The notes beneath the pieces are model-generated. The model did no database searches and was not told where the DNA came from. It saw nothing but the letters and a program-made list of their open reading frames with translations. Shown here one piece after another: positions 16,123-24,176 of a stretch of DNA of 24,176 bases. This stretch comes from Ulvibacter sp. (GTDB taxonomy: Bacteria; Pseudomonadota; Alphaproteobacteria; Rickettsiales; UBA1997): contig JBLHPX010000001.1 in assembly GCA_047624545.1 (NCBI GenBank), positions 1 through 24,176 on the forward strand. The letters run 5' to 3'. Each line of letters starts with the position of its first letter. Within the stretch, counting starts at the first letter, position 1. A program made the position numbers and the translations under genes.

Positions 16123-16570
16123 TGTTATTAAAGCATTTAATTAAGGTAACATCATATATGACGTGCTCCATAGATGATACGGATGGGGACGATGATAATA
16201 TCCAGCTATTAAAAATAATGTTTTCCTGTTTACTGTTAAATTTTTTATATTCTTTTACCGTTATTAACGCTTTATTTTCCGGCTTTTCTTCTGGCTTTGA
16301 TTGCCAACATTTATGCACTAAAAGTGACAATGCTTTAAATTGATAGATTTCTGATATCTTGATATCTATGTCGACACTTTTTGCCATGATTTTATCTAGA
16401 ATTTGTATTCTAGCATAATTGGTGAATTGATTGTTAGGGATGTCTTTTAGATACGTAATTGTCTTTTTTGCCGCGTCATCAACAGGTTTTTCTTGGTTAT
16501 GTTCATTAGCCCCCAAGCCTCGCCAGGCGAGGAGGAGTGTAATAGTTAGTATTATCTTTAATTTGGTCAT
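16115..16570 (-). CDS. DUF2155 family exported protein
   Basis: Signal peptide, then ARIQILDKI, CWQSKPEEKPENKA, IFNSWILSSSP, MEHVIYDVTLIKC. RBS-like AGGATAGG upstream. Confidence 0.88.
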   Translation of the reverse strand: MTKLKIILTITLLLAWRGLGANEHNQEKPVDDAAKKTITYLKDIPNNQFTNYARIQILDKIMAKSVDIDIKISEIYQFKALSLLVHKCWQSKPEEKPENKALITVKEYKKFNSKQENIIFNSWILSSSPSVSSMEHVIYDVTLIKCFNNND

Positions 16571-16584
16571 CCTATCCTTCTGAG

Positions 16585-16914
16585 TTAAAGATTGTTATTT
16601 TTTGTGTTTTTTGCTACCGGCTCCCAAGATTGATATTCTTTTTTAATTTTTGACGACGTATTTCTATACTTAGTTCCTGTTGGATTTGGTATGTGAATTT
16701 TTTGCCAAGCATATTGTGGGTTTGGTATGATTTTGTCGTGAATATTATGGAGCCACAAATGCCAATTCGGCGGAACTTTTGAGGCTTCGACAGAGCCGTT
16801 GTAAATGACGTATTTTTTTCCTGATTTTGATATGAAGTAAGAATTGCCAAACTCGTCCTTACCAACCAATTTAGAAGATAATTTGATTATTAGTTTATTA
16901 AAAAAATTATTCAT
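16585..16914 (-). CDS. NADH:ubiquinone oxidoreductase NDUFA12 (17.2 kDa subunit) homolog
   Basis: LVGKDEFGNSYF, EASKVPPNWHLWLH, WQKIHIPNPTGT, YQSWEP. Confidence 0.9.
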   Translation of the reverse strand: MNNFFNKLIIKLSSKLVGKDEFGNSYFISKSGKKYVIYNGSVEASKVPPNWHLWLHNIHDKIIPNPQYAWQKIHIPNPTGTKYRNTSSKIKKEYQSWEPVAKNTKNNNL

Positions 16915-17024
16915 ATGCTGATTGTGTCTTTTAACTTTATCCAGATCTTTGTTAAATTTAGATAAAAAGTCTTACAAGTCGAGGACAATCTTTCGGTCAT
17001 TTTTTATCTATTTTTAAATGATCT

Positions 17025-17213
17025 TTGATGTTAATTGTAATAATATTGATTATTTTGTCAAATCTAATATTATGCCCATTCCCATTTACAATTCATTATG
17101 TAATAAAATATTTTAAGGTTAAAATTGTCAAAAAACGACCGACTTATGTTAACAGGGCGCAAGGCTTTTTGACAATTAGAAACTTAAAAGACAAAGACTG
17201 TATAAACCTCTAG
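17025..17213 (+). CDS. Possible small membrane protein (62 aa)
   Basis: Hydrophobic N-terminus followed by basic KYFKVKIVKKR. Spans repeat copy 2. Start uncertain (TTG/ATG). Confidence 0.35.
   Translation: MMLIVIILIILSNLILCPFPFTIHYVIKYFKVKIVKKRPTYVNRAQGFLTIRNLKDKDCINL
17064..17196 (+). repeat. Dispersed repeat, copy 2 (paralog of 6461-6592)
   Basis: About 80% identical to copy 1, same orientation. Confidence 0.88.
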
Positions 17214-18000
17214 ATGCTCAAGCTTTTGGGATTGCGCATTAGAAGATTAGGGCATTGATATAACTAATTATTAAAGGCGCTACCAAGCTCTATACGTATC
17301 AATTAAAAGTTTTAATATTAACTAAAATATAAAAAATAAGAAGTCGATCACAAGAGGACACGTCTAACCCCCCCCTTTTTTTTTAAAATAGCAAACATTC
17401 TTTCTTGACTTAAACAAATATAACATATTTAATAAAATACTAGTTTAGTTTTAGTAGATTTAAACTGGTGCTTTTCTAAGCTTTAAAGTCTTAGGGAATT
17501 GCAAAATAAACCACTAACAAAGCCGCGCCACAGGCTGCCCACCCCAGTTTCCATCTTTTAATGAAGATTTAATCCAGAATCGCTACTATGACTATGCACT
17601 ACGAGATGATGACGTAAACTGATTCTCTATTGCTATTTTTAGGGCCGCAAAACAAGCCCAGCTTCATGAATATTTTTGAAAGAATTGTTGTTTGACAAAA
17701 TGATACTAACTAAATAGAATGACACCTATATTATTAATATAACTGGTTTTGACTAGTTATAAATGAAAGATGACCCCTCTGTTTATTGCTTAGTAAATTA
17801 TATTTGCCGATCTGCTCAGGGACTCTTAAGTTACAACAAAGTTATTCTAAGATTAAACAGAGTTTACCAACAAAAGACTGAGACAGTAAAGGTGGGGCCA
17901 CCAAAAGCAGCGTCAAAGTCCACTTTGCATTTCGGACATTTGCTTGTGGACCAAAGTGTTGCAACTAAAGCTTAATAACAAATTTTTAAAAAAGTCTTTT

Positions 18001-18447
18001 ATGAGAAATATCGAAGTTAACGTAAAAAAACTAAAACATACCATAAGAAAAAACAGTCTAACAAGTTTGTCATTAGCTAGATCTATTGGCATTAGTCCTC
18101 ATGATTTATATAATAGTTACAAAGGAAATGGAGTTAAGTATGAAAAACTTGCCCTTATTGCCAAAAAACTAAATAAGTCAATAGATTACTTCTTAGATGA
18201 CGACACCTCTTATACAAAAAAAACTGTCAACAAGCCAGAATCTACCGATAGACCATATAATCCAGAATTATACAGGACGATACTAGATTTAATAGAAAGC
18301 ACGCTTGCCAGCAAGAAGATTGAAATTACCTCAGAAAAAATTAAACTCCTGCACGGAAGAATATACAACATAGCCATTGACCACGACAACATAAGTAGAG
18401 ACTTTTTAGATGGCGTAGTAAAGTCAACTGCAGAATATTATCTATAA
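18001..18447 (+). CDS. XRE/Cro-CI-type HTH transcriptional regulator with C-terminal helical domain
   Basis: LKHTIRKNSLTSLSLARSIGISPHDLYNSYKG...LALIAKKLNKSIDYFL fits HTH_XRE. ATG at 18001 is preferred over the GTG at 17944. Confidence 0.72.
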   Translation: MRNIEVNVKKLKHTIRKNSLTSLSLARSIGISPHDLYNSYKGNGVKYEKLALIAKKLNKSIDYFLDDDTSYTKKTVNKPESTDRPYNPELYRTILDLIESTLASKKIEITSEKIKLLHGRIYNIAIDHDNISRDFLDGVVKSTAEYYL

Positions 18448-18523
18448 AACCTTCTCTTATCCCAAAATCCGCCATTAGTAGCAACCCAGGAATTGAGACT
18501 TGCCCCAAGACTCTTGCGGTTTT

Positions 18524-20263
18524 TTATTTATCTTTATATAAAAAAACTACATTACTGAGTGTTGGGGTGGGTTTTTTTGTCTCAATAATTTTATCATAAG
18601 GTAACAACAGCGTGACTTCGGTTCCTAAGGAATATTTGGCATCAACAAACAACTCCCCAAAATGCAACTTAACTAATTTTTTGATATCGCACAACTTTAT
18701 ATTGTAGATATTTGTTTTGTCGTTACTAGGATCTATCAAACTTTCCTTTTCGCCTTCGGAAAGACCGTTACCATCATCTAAAATAATAATTTTTAAATAT
18801 TTTTTATTTTCTTTTCTTGTGTTGGAGATGTTGATGGAAATCTTAGATCTCGGCCTATCTGATATAGCTATGTAAATTAAGTTGCTAATAATTTGCAAAA
18901 AACGCAACCTATCTGCTGATATGTATTTTATATTTTTACCACAATTTAGGTCTATTTTTATTTTTTCTTTTATTATGGCGTGGTTGTGGTGCCTTACCGA
19001 CTCCTCTATCAAGCTAACTATATCCACCTCTTCAAAAGATAATTGGTTGACAGTAAAAGATTTTACGATGACCAGATTCTCTAATATGTCGCTATAGGTA
19101 TCAAGTCTAGCATCTTCAGTTATTAACAGATTCCCAACTTCTAATTTGATTAATTTGGCAACACTTTCTTCTATTAAGGATATTGGCTTTTCTATGGTCT
19201 TCATGATGTCATTAAAAAAATCATCACTTGTTTTTTTGGCGTTAATAAACTTTTTCTTTTCTGATCTTAAGTTATTATTTACTAACCTAATTTTTTTTAA
19301 GAGCCTTTTTAACTTAGAAATATCTCTTAAAAATATCTTGTATATCCAAAATATAGAGCAGGAAAATAATAGGCACGCAATCAAAACGATAAAAAAATAT
19401 TTTGCTATTATGGCTAAGGTTTCTTGATTGTACTGACTTTTATTATAGCCAGAAAGAATCGTAAAAGGATAATTTTCTAATCTAAAAAACTTATCATAAG
19501 AAATGTCGCCAATTACTACCGGAATCTTGAGGCTTATAATCTTTTTCGTTGAAATTGGCAATTTTTTTGCCAAAGATAGCTCCTTATTTTTCCTAATTAC
19601 GCCGCTGATCTGAATGTCAGAACTTAATATATTATTAAAATTATGATCCAGCACCAAATAATAAGAGTCGTTGCTTTGTAGGGCAAGGTTGATTCTTTCA
19701 ATTATTTTTTGAATCTCAAACCTGATAATAATACTTCCTATGTGTTGCTTTTGATCATTATCAATCCCGATCGCAGCATTAATTACTCTTTTTGACGTAC
19801 CTCTTTCTTGGCGAGGTTTAGAAAAAAATAATTGCCACGGATTCTGGCTAGATAAAAAATGGTATGGCTGCAGACTAATGTCCAGAGCGTTATTAATTAC
19901 ACCTAAATGACTAGAGATAGAAATTTTATTATCCTCGTCAAGCCAAAAAAATCTTGGCCACAAAGAGGTTGGCGACATTTTTGTAGATCTAGATATCTGG
20001 CTAAATTGACGCTTTAGGTGTCGATTAATAGCGCTTTTGTCCAGCGATGGTTCTTCAGTTATTTTTCTACCCTTATCTTCAGTAATGCGCCATATGTGGG
20101 TAAAAAAATTACTCAACGTACTGCTAGTTATTTTTATTTCGCTGTTTAACTTGTTATGCAAATACTCCGCTCTCCAACTATAAGTTATTAATATTGTTAG
20201 CACTAATGATACCGACATCAGAATGGCTATGGAGGATGTGGCAAATAAATGTTTCTTTTTCAT
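18524..20263 (-). CDS. Membrane sensor histidine kinase-like protein (periplasmic Cache-like domain) with degenerate catalytic motifs
   Basis: Two TM helices flank a Cache-like region (FFSKPRQ...VINAAIGI...IGSIIIRF), followed by a coiled coil and HisKA/HATPase remnants (ADRLRFLQIISNL, IILDDGNGLS, LGTEVTLLLP). H-box His, N-box Asn and G2 box are missing. Confidence 0.78.
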   Translation of the reverse strand: MKKKHLFATSSIAILMSVSLVLTILITYSWRAEYLHNKLNSEIKITSSTLSNFFTHIWRITEDKGRKITEEPSLDKSAINRHLKRQFSQISRSTKMSPTSLWPRFFWLDEDNKISISSHLGVINNALDISLQPYHFLSSQNPWQLFFSKPRQERGTSKRVINAAIGIDNDQKQHIGSIIIRFEIQKIIERINLALQSNDSYYLVLDHNFNNILSSDIQISGVIRKNKELSLAKKLPISTKKIISLKIPVVIGDISYDKFFRLENYPFTILSGYNKSQYNQETLAIIAKYFFIVLIACLLFSCSIFWIYKIFLRDISKLKRLLKKIRLVNNNLRSEKKKFINAKKTSDDFFNDIMKTIEKPISLIEESVAKLIKLEVGNLLITEDARLDTYSDILENLVIVKSFTVNQLSFEEVDIVSLIEESVRHHNHAIIKEKIKIDLNCGKNIKYISADRLRFLQIISNLIYIAISDRPRSKISINISNTRKENKKYLKIIILDDGNGLSEGEKESLIDPSNDKTNIYNIKLCDIKKLVKLHFGELFVDAKYSLGTEVTLLLPYDKIIETKKPTPTLSNVVFLYKDK

Positions 20264-20428
20264 CTTGTTGATCTTAATATTTCATTTAACAACGCTGAAT
20301 AGGCCAAGCTTTTAACTGTTATCTTGAAAATTAGCCGCTAAAAAAATAAAATTAAGTTATCTATTTTTAAAAACAGACTTACCACAGCATCAATTACAAA
20401 ATATAAACATACTACAGCGAATTAATTT

Positions 20429-22504
20429 ATGCAAAAAATACCTCCCTCAGCACTAACTCATATATTTAAACAAACTAACTTCCACCTAAAGACAAAAAAC
20501 ACATCTACGATAATAAAAATAATAGTCGGCACAATACTTACCTTAATGTTTTGGAATAATATTGTGTACGCAACAAATCCCGTGTCAATTCAAGACTTAC
20601 AAAGCCTTAAGGTCAGTAACGCTTCTGAAAAACCAAGCTCCACAATAGACATTCCTGCCGAAATATACAGTATAACAGATAGGGATATAGAAAGATCTGG
20701 ATTAACATCTATACCAGAGTTGCTGCGCTTAGCGCCCGGCCTACACGTGACACAACTAAACTCCAACAGCTGGTCCATCGCCTCACGAGGCTTTAACACT
20801 GAACTTGGCGAAAAAATAGCCGTCATGATTGATGGTAGAAAGGTGCATTCAGCCCTGTTTCCGTCAATATTTTGGGAAAATCAAGATCTAGTTTTGTCTG
20901 ATATTAAGAGAATTGATGTTGTCCGAGGTACCAGCGCTAACGTTGCTGGTGATGGCGGCTTATCCAAAGGTCTTTGGACGGACAACGCTTTGAATGGCGT
21001 TATTAATATCATTACCAAAAGAGCGGCAGAAACCCAAGGAAAACTTATTAACATAATTCATGGCAACGAAGAATCCATACAGAGCGCAAGATATGGCGGA
21101 AAGGTTGGGGATGATCTTTTTTACAGAGTGTATGTCAAAAATAGAATAATTGATAGCGCCGTAAATATTCATAATGCCCATGCTGGCAATGATTGGGGAG
21201 ATATGAGGACTGGCTTTAAAATCGATTGGGAAGATAGTATATCAGATCAATTAACTTTGCAGGGAGATTTGGGAAAGATGGAAGATAAGGGAAGATATAT
21301 TTACCCTTCAAGCGATTTAAGTGGACGCCTAAACAACATCATCAGAGATGAATCTAGGTCAGGAAATATTATGGCAAAATGGCTCCACAGACAAGATAAT
21401 GGCAACAGATTAACATCCAAGAGTTACTATGATTATTACAAAAGAAGTTTTGCCCTGTTTCAGCAAAAATTTGATATTTTTGATCTAGATCTTCAGTATT
21501 TCGTACCAAAAACACCTTTTGGAGTAGTCACGCTTGGCCTAGGATATCGCATAACAAATTCTAAAATAGATTACTCAGATCAATATGATTTTAAGTTTAA
21601 AAAAAATAGTAGCGGCCTTCTTAACTCTTTTATTCAGAGCAAAATTGACATCATTCCTAAAAAACTCTCTTTAACCACCAGCCTTAAATTGCAGCATGAA
21701 GATGACCTTAAAAATAATGAATATTCAAATTTCGCCCTTCATCCAAGCATAAGAGGCAACTTCAAGATAACAGATAGCCAGTCAATATGGTCTGGAATAT
21801 CAAAGATTACCAGAAGCCCAACTATTGCAGAAAGGTATGGCTCTACGATAAAATCCTTTAGAGACGAAACTCCTAACGTCGTCATGTTAAGTGGTAATGA
21901 AAATTTTAAGCCCGAGGAGTTGGTGTCATACGAATTAGGGTACAGAAACCGCTTTTCTAAAAAACTATTCACCGATCTGTCGATATTTTTTAATAAATAT
22001 GACAACATCAGAACTTACGAGACTGACTCTGTCAGCCCCTCCGAAACAAGATATGTCCTAGGAAATGAATTATATGGAGAGTCTTACGGCGCAGAAATAT
22101 CTTCCAAGATCAGCCTCACAGACAATCTTGACATATCTGTTAATTACACATTTTTAAAATTAGATCTACGCTTAAAAGATGGAAGCACAGATACTGAGAC
22201 AGAATCAGACGAAAAAGCCTCTCCTCAAAATCAATTTAGCGTCCGTTCATATTACAATTTCTTTGGTAATTTTAGCTGGAACAATCTCCTTTTTTATGTC
22301 GACGAGTTAAAAAAATACGATATTAATTCATATTTTAGGTTTGACAGTAATGTTAGTTGGAAAATTAACCAGCACATTAAACTTACCATAGCTGGGCAAA
22401 ATCTGTTCAGCAGTAAGCGTCAAGAATTCATACCATTCATGTATCAAGAAGTGAATTTTATGGAACCGAATAAAATATATGCCAAACTAAATATCGCCTT
22501 TTAA
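20429..22504 (+). CDS. TonB-dependent outer-membrane receptor
   Basis: Plug motifs IPAEIYSIT.RDIERSG.TSIPELLRLAPG, VMIDGR, IKRIDVVRG, GVINIITK, barrel segments PEELVSYELGYR, and C-terminal Phe (KLNIAF). Confidence 0.93.
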   Translation: MQKIPPSALTHIFKQTNFHLKTKNTSTIIKIIVGTILTLMFWNNIVYATNPVSIQDLQSLKVSNASEKPSSTIDIPAEIYSITDRDIERSGLTSIPELLRLAPGLHVTQLNSNSWSIASRGFNTELGEKIAVMIDGRKVHSALFPSIFWENQDLVLSDIKRIDVVRGTSANVAGDGGLSKGLWTDNALNGVINIITKRAAETQGKLINIIHGNEESIQSARYGGKVGDDLFYRVYVKNRIIDSAVNIHNAHAGNDWGDMRTGFKIDWEDSISDQLTLQGDLGKMEDKGRYIYPSSDLSGRLNNIIRDESRSGNIMAKWLHRQDNGNRLTSKSYYDYYKRSFALFQQKFDIFDLDLQYFVPKTPFGVVTLGLGYRITNSKIDYSDQYDFKFKKNSSGLLNSFIQSKIDIIPKKLSLTTSLKLQHEDDLKNNEYSNFALHPSIRGNFKITDSQSIWSGISKITRSPTIAERYGSTIKSFRDETPNVVMLSGNENFKPEELVSYELGYRNRFSKKLFTDLSIFFNKYDNIRTYETDSVSPSETRYVLGNELYGESYGAEISSKISLTDNLDISVNYTFLKLDLRLKDGSTDTETESDEKASPQNQFSVRSYYNFFGNFSWNNLLFYVDELKKYDINSYFRFDSNVSWKINQHIKLTIAGQNLFSSKRQEFIPFMYQEVNFMEPNKIYAKLNIAF

Positions 22505-22508
22505 AATC

Positions 22509-23024
22509 ATGATTAAATATTTAGCAATTTACATATTAATTTTATTTTTCTCTACCTCCTCCCAAAGCGAAGAGGCAGAAGATTACAAAATAAAAGCCTT
22601 GTGGATCAAAGCAATATCAGAAAATATTATTTGGCATAAGGATGTCGATAAAAAACGCGTTATCTGCACATTAGGATTGGATTTTGTAGGGCTGTACCTA
22701 AGGGAGCTTGGTCCAGACAATGTTACCATAAAAGAAAAAAGCAAAAATCAAGAGCTTGGTGATTGCCACTTACTCTACATTAGTCTTTCAGAAGAGAGGC
22801 ATCTACTAGACATCCTAAAGCAAATTAACAATTACAACATAATTACTATTAGTGACATCAGTAATTTTTCTAAATTTGGAGGAACTGTGGAGTTTATTTT
22901 TGAGAATAGCTTGATAAGACTAAGAATTAATGGAAAAAACATAAGTCTCCTAGGAAAAGACACCTTAAATTTAGATAGCTACATCATAGATGTATCGGAA
23001 GTAACCTACTCCACCTCAAACTAA
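22509..23024 (+). CDS. YfiR/HmsC-family (DUF4154) periplasmic protein
   Basis: Signal peptide, EDYKIKALWIKAI..NIIW, ICTLG, CHLLYIS, ITISDISNFSKFGGTVEF, IRLRIN. Lies 4 bp after the TonB receptor. Confidence 0.87.
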   Translation: MIKYLAIYILILFFSTSSQSEEAEDYKIKALWIKAISENIIWHKDVDKKRVICTLGLDFVGLYLRELGPDNVTIKEKSKNQELGDCHLLYISLSEERHLLDILKQINNYNIITISDISNFSKFGGTVEFIFENSLIRLRINGKNISLLGKDTLNLDSYIIDVSEVTYSTSN

Positions 23025-23213
23025 GTTATAAATAGTGCCAACTATTAAATTTAACTTTACGAGGCGTCGTGTGCAAGTTTTAAGAGAAACTAAAATCAGC
23101 ACCAAACTCTATGGTTTAAAAATTATATATTTTGTTCGAGTTGGGGGTTGAATTTAGTTCGAATAAACTTTCCTGCTAATGATACATAACTAATTTCCAT
23201 ACTTAATGTGGGG

Positions 23214-24176
23214 TTAATTGCAGGCTCCAAAATCTGGCCTCTCCTCTTCAGTCCATGATGCAGCGTTGATGCCAAAAAAGCCGCTAGAGGTAACATTTCT
23301 ACCACAAACATGCACACTCCAATCGGAAATATCTTGATCAAATAGAGACGCACCATAAAACATAAAGCTCATAGTAGTAACTTTACTTACATCCCACCCG
23401 GATATGTCTTGATTAAATGGAGTTGTACCAAACATCGAACTCATATTAGTAACATTACTTACATCCCACTCCGATATGTCTTGATTAAATGCAGAGTCTC
23501 TAAATATATAAGTCATATTAGTAACATTACTTACATCCCACTCCGATATGTCTTGATTAAATGCAGACGCACGATAAAACATATTCCCCATATTAGTAAC
23601 ATTACTTACATCCCAACCCGATATGTCTTGATTAAATGCAGATGTATTATCAAACGTAGCGTACATATTGGTAACATTACTTACGTCCCATCCGGATATG
23701 TCTTGATTAAAGACGGTGTTGAACATAAAAGTCATACTAGTAACATTACTTACATCCCAATCCGATATGTCTTGATTAAATGCAGAGTCTCTAAATATAT
23801 AATTCATACTAGTAACATTACTTACATCCCAACCCGATATGTCTTGATTAAATGCAGAGTCTCTAAATGTATAAGTCATACTAGTAACCTTACTTACATC
23901 CCAACCTGATATGTCTTGATTAAATGCAGAGCCTTTAAACGTAGCGTACATATTGGTAACATTACTTACATCCCAGCTTGATATATTTCCATTAAAGTTA
24001 GAGTTTTGGAAGAGAGTAGACATACTAGTTAATTGGCCAGTAAATATTGCATCAAAATTATATCCAGAAACTTGGTAAGTGCCGCTCGTATTTCCATCTG
24101 AAATAGCGGTACGCAATACAGACTCACTAACTACTAATTTACCACCACACCCGTTAAGATTTGAGTCTGCTACAGT
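23214..24176 (-). CDS. BspA-like / DUF285 repeat surface protein; 5' end beyond window
   Basis: Repeats FNQDIS.WDVSNVTNM..MF. The frame stays open to base 24176 (TVADSNLNGCGGKLVVSESVLRT...). Confidence 0.9.
   Translation of the reverse strand, partial: TVADSNLNGCGGKLVVSESVLRTAISDGNTSGTYQVSGYNFDAIFTGQLTSMSTLFQNSNFNGNISSWDVSNVTNMYATFKGSAFNQDISGWDVSKVTSMTYTFRDSAFNQDISGWDVSNVTSMNYIFRDSAFNQDISDWDVSNVTSMTFMFNTVFNQDISGWDVSNVTNMYATFDNTSAFNQDISGWDVSNVTNMGNMFYRASAFNQDISEWDVSNVTNMTYIFRDSAFNQDISEWDVSNVTNMSSMFGTTPFNQDISGWDVSKVTTMSFMFYGASLFDQDISDWSVHVCGRNVTSSGFFGINAASWTEEERPDFGACN
23319..23996 (-). repeat. Coding tandem repeat: nine full 69-75-bp units plus one partial
   Basis: Near-invariant plus-strand core AGTAACATTACTTACATCCCA..CGATATGTCTTGATTAAA alternates with variable segments. 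Unit lengths are all multiples of 3 (23-25 aa). Confidence 0.93.

Noticed and set aside
17763-17975. 70-aa ORF upstream of the HTH gene
   Set aside because: No motif or clear RBS; cannot be supported as a gene from sequence alone.
18495-18526. Possible intrinsic terminator between the HTH and kinase genes
   Set aside because: Stem has a mismatch and the T-run is offset by several bases; too weak to call.
1721-22008. Other short ORFs (60-93 aa) nested in or antisense to long genes, such as 1721, 2213, 3977, 5079, 5523, 9354, 10092, 13261, 16080, 16614, 18882, 19146, 20590, 21739
   Set aside because: Fully overlap well-supported genes and show no recognisable motifs.
23123-23356. 77-aa minus-strand ORF overlapping the DUF285 gene end
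   Set aside because: Alternative frame of the same strand with no family signal.
23409-23909. 166-aa plus-strand ORF with repeats
   Set aside because: Antisense shadow of the DUF285 coding repeat.
23319-23996. CRISPR-like alternation of constant and variable segments
   Set aside because: Unit lengths are multiples of 3, the array is an open DUF285 reading frame, variable parts are related to each other, and no cas genes are present.

Overview
Very AT-rich, gene-dense chromosomal segment of an alphaproteobacterium, most likely Rickettsiales-like. This is inferred from a giant RvhB6-type VirB6, DUF1013/TrcR, DUF2155, an NDUFA12 homolog and a mitofilin/Mic60-like protein. It retains purine, histidine, pentose-phosphate and pterin genes. 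Left part: phosphotransferase (truncated), orphan ORF, lone ftsA, then a + strand run trcR-bcp-purK-speB-like-rsmD-hisG-virB6. Middle: a tightly coupled 7-gene minus-strand operon, NDUFA12-DUF2155-rpe-Mic60-like-pteridine reductase-(FolB::PLP decarboxylase fusion)-HExxH zincin. Right: XRE-type HTH regulator, a dCache-like sensor kinase with degenerate catalytic motifs, a divergent TonB-dependent receptor + YfiR-family pair, and a truncated DUF285/BspA-like repeat protein. Most notable: the pterin/decarboxylase fusion module, two apparent pseudoenzymes (ureohydrolase, histidine kinase), a diverged 133-bp dispersed repeat and two long inverted-repeat elements between convergent genes. No rRNA, tRNA, CRISPR or transposase was recognised. 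All family calls come from motif recognition by eye, not from database searches.
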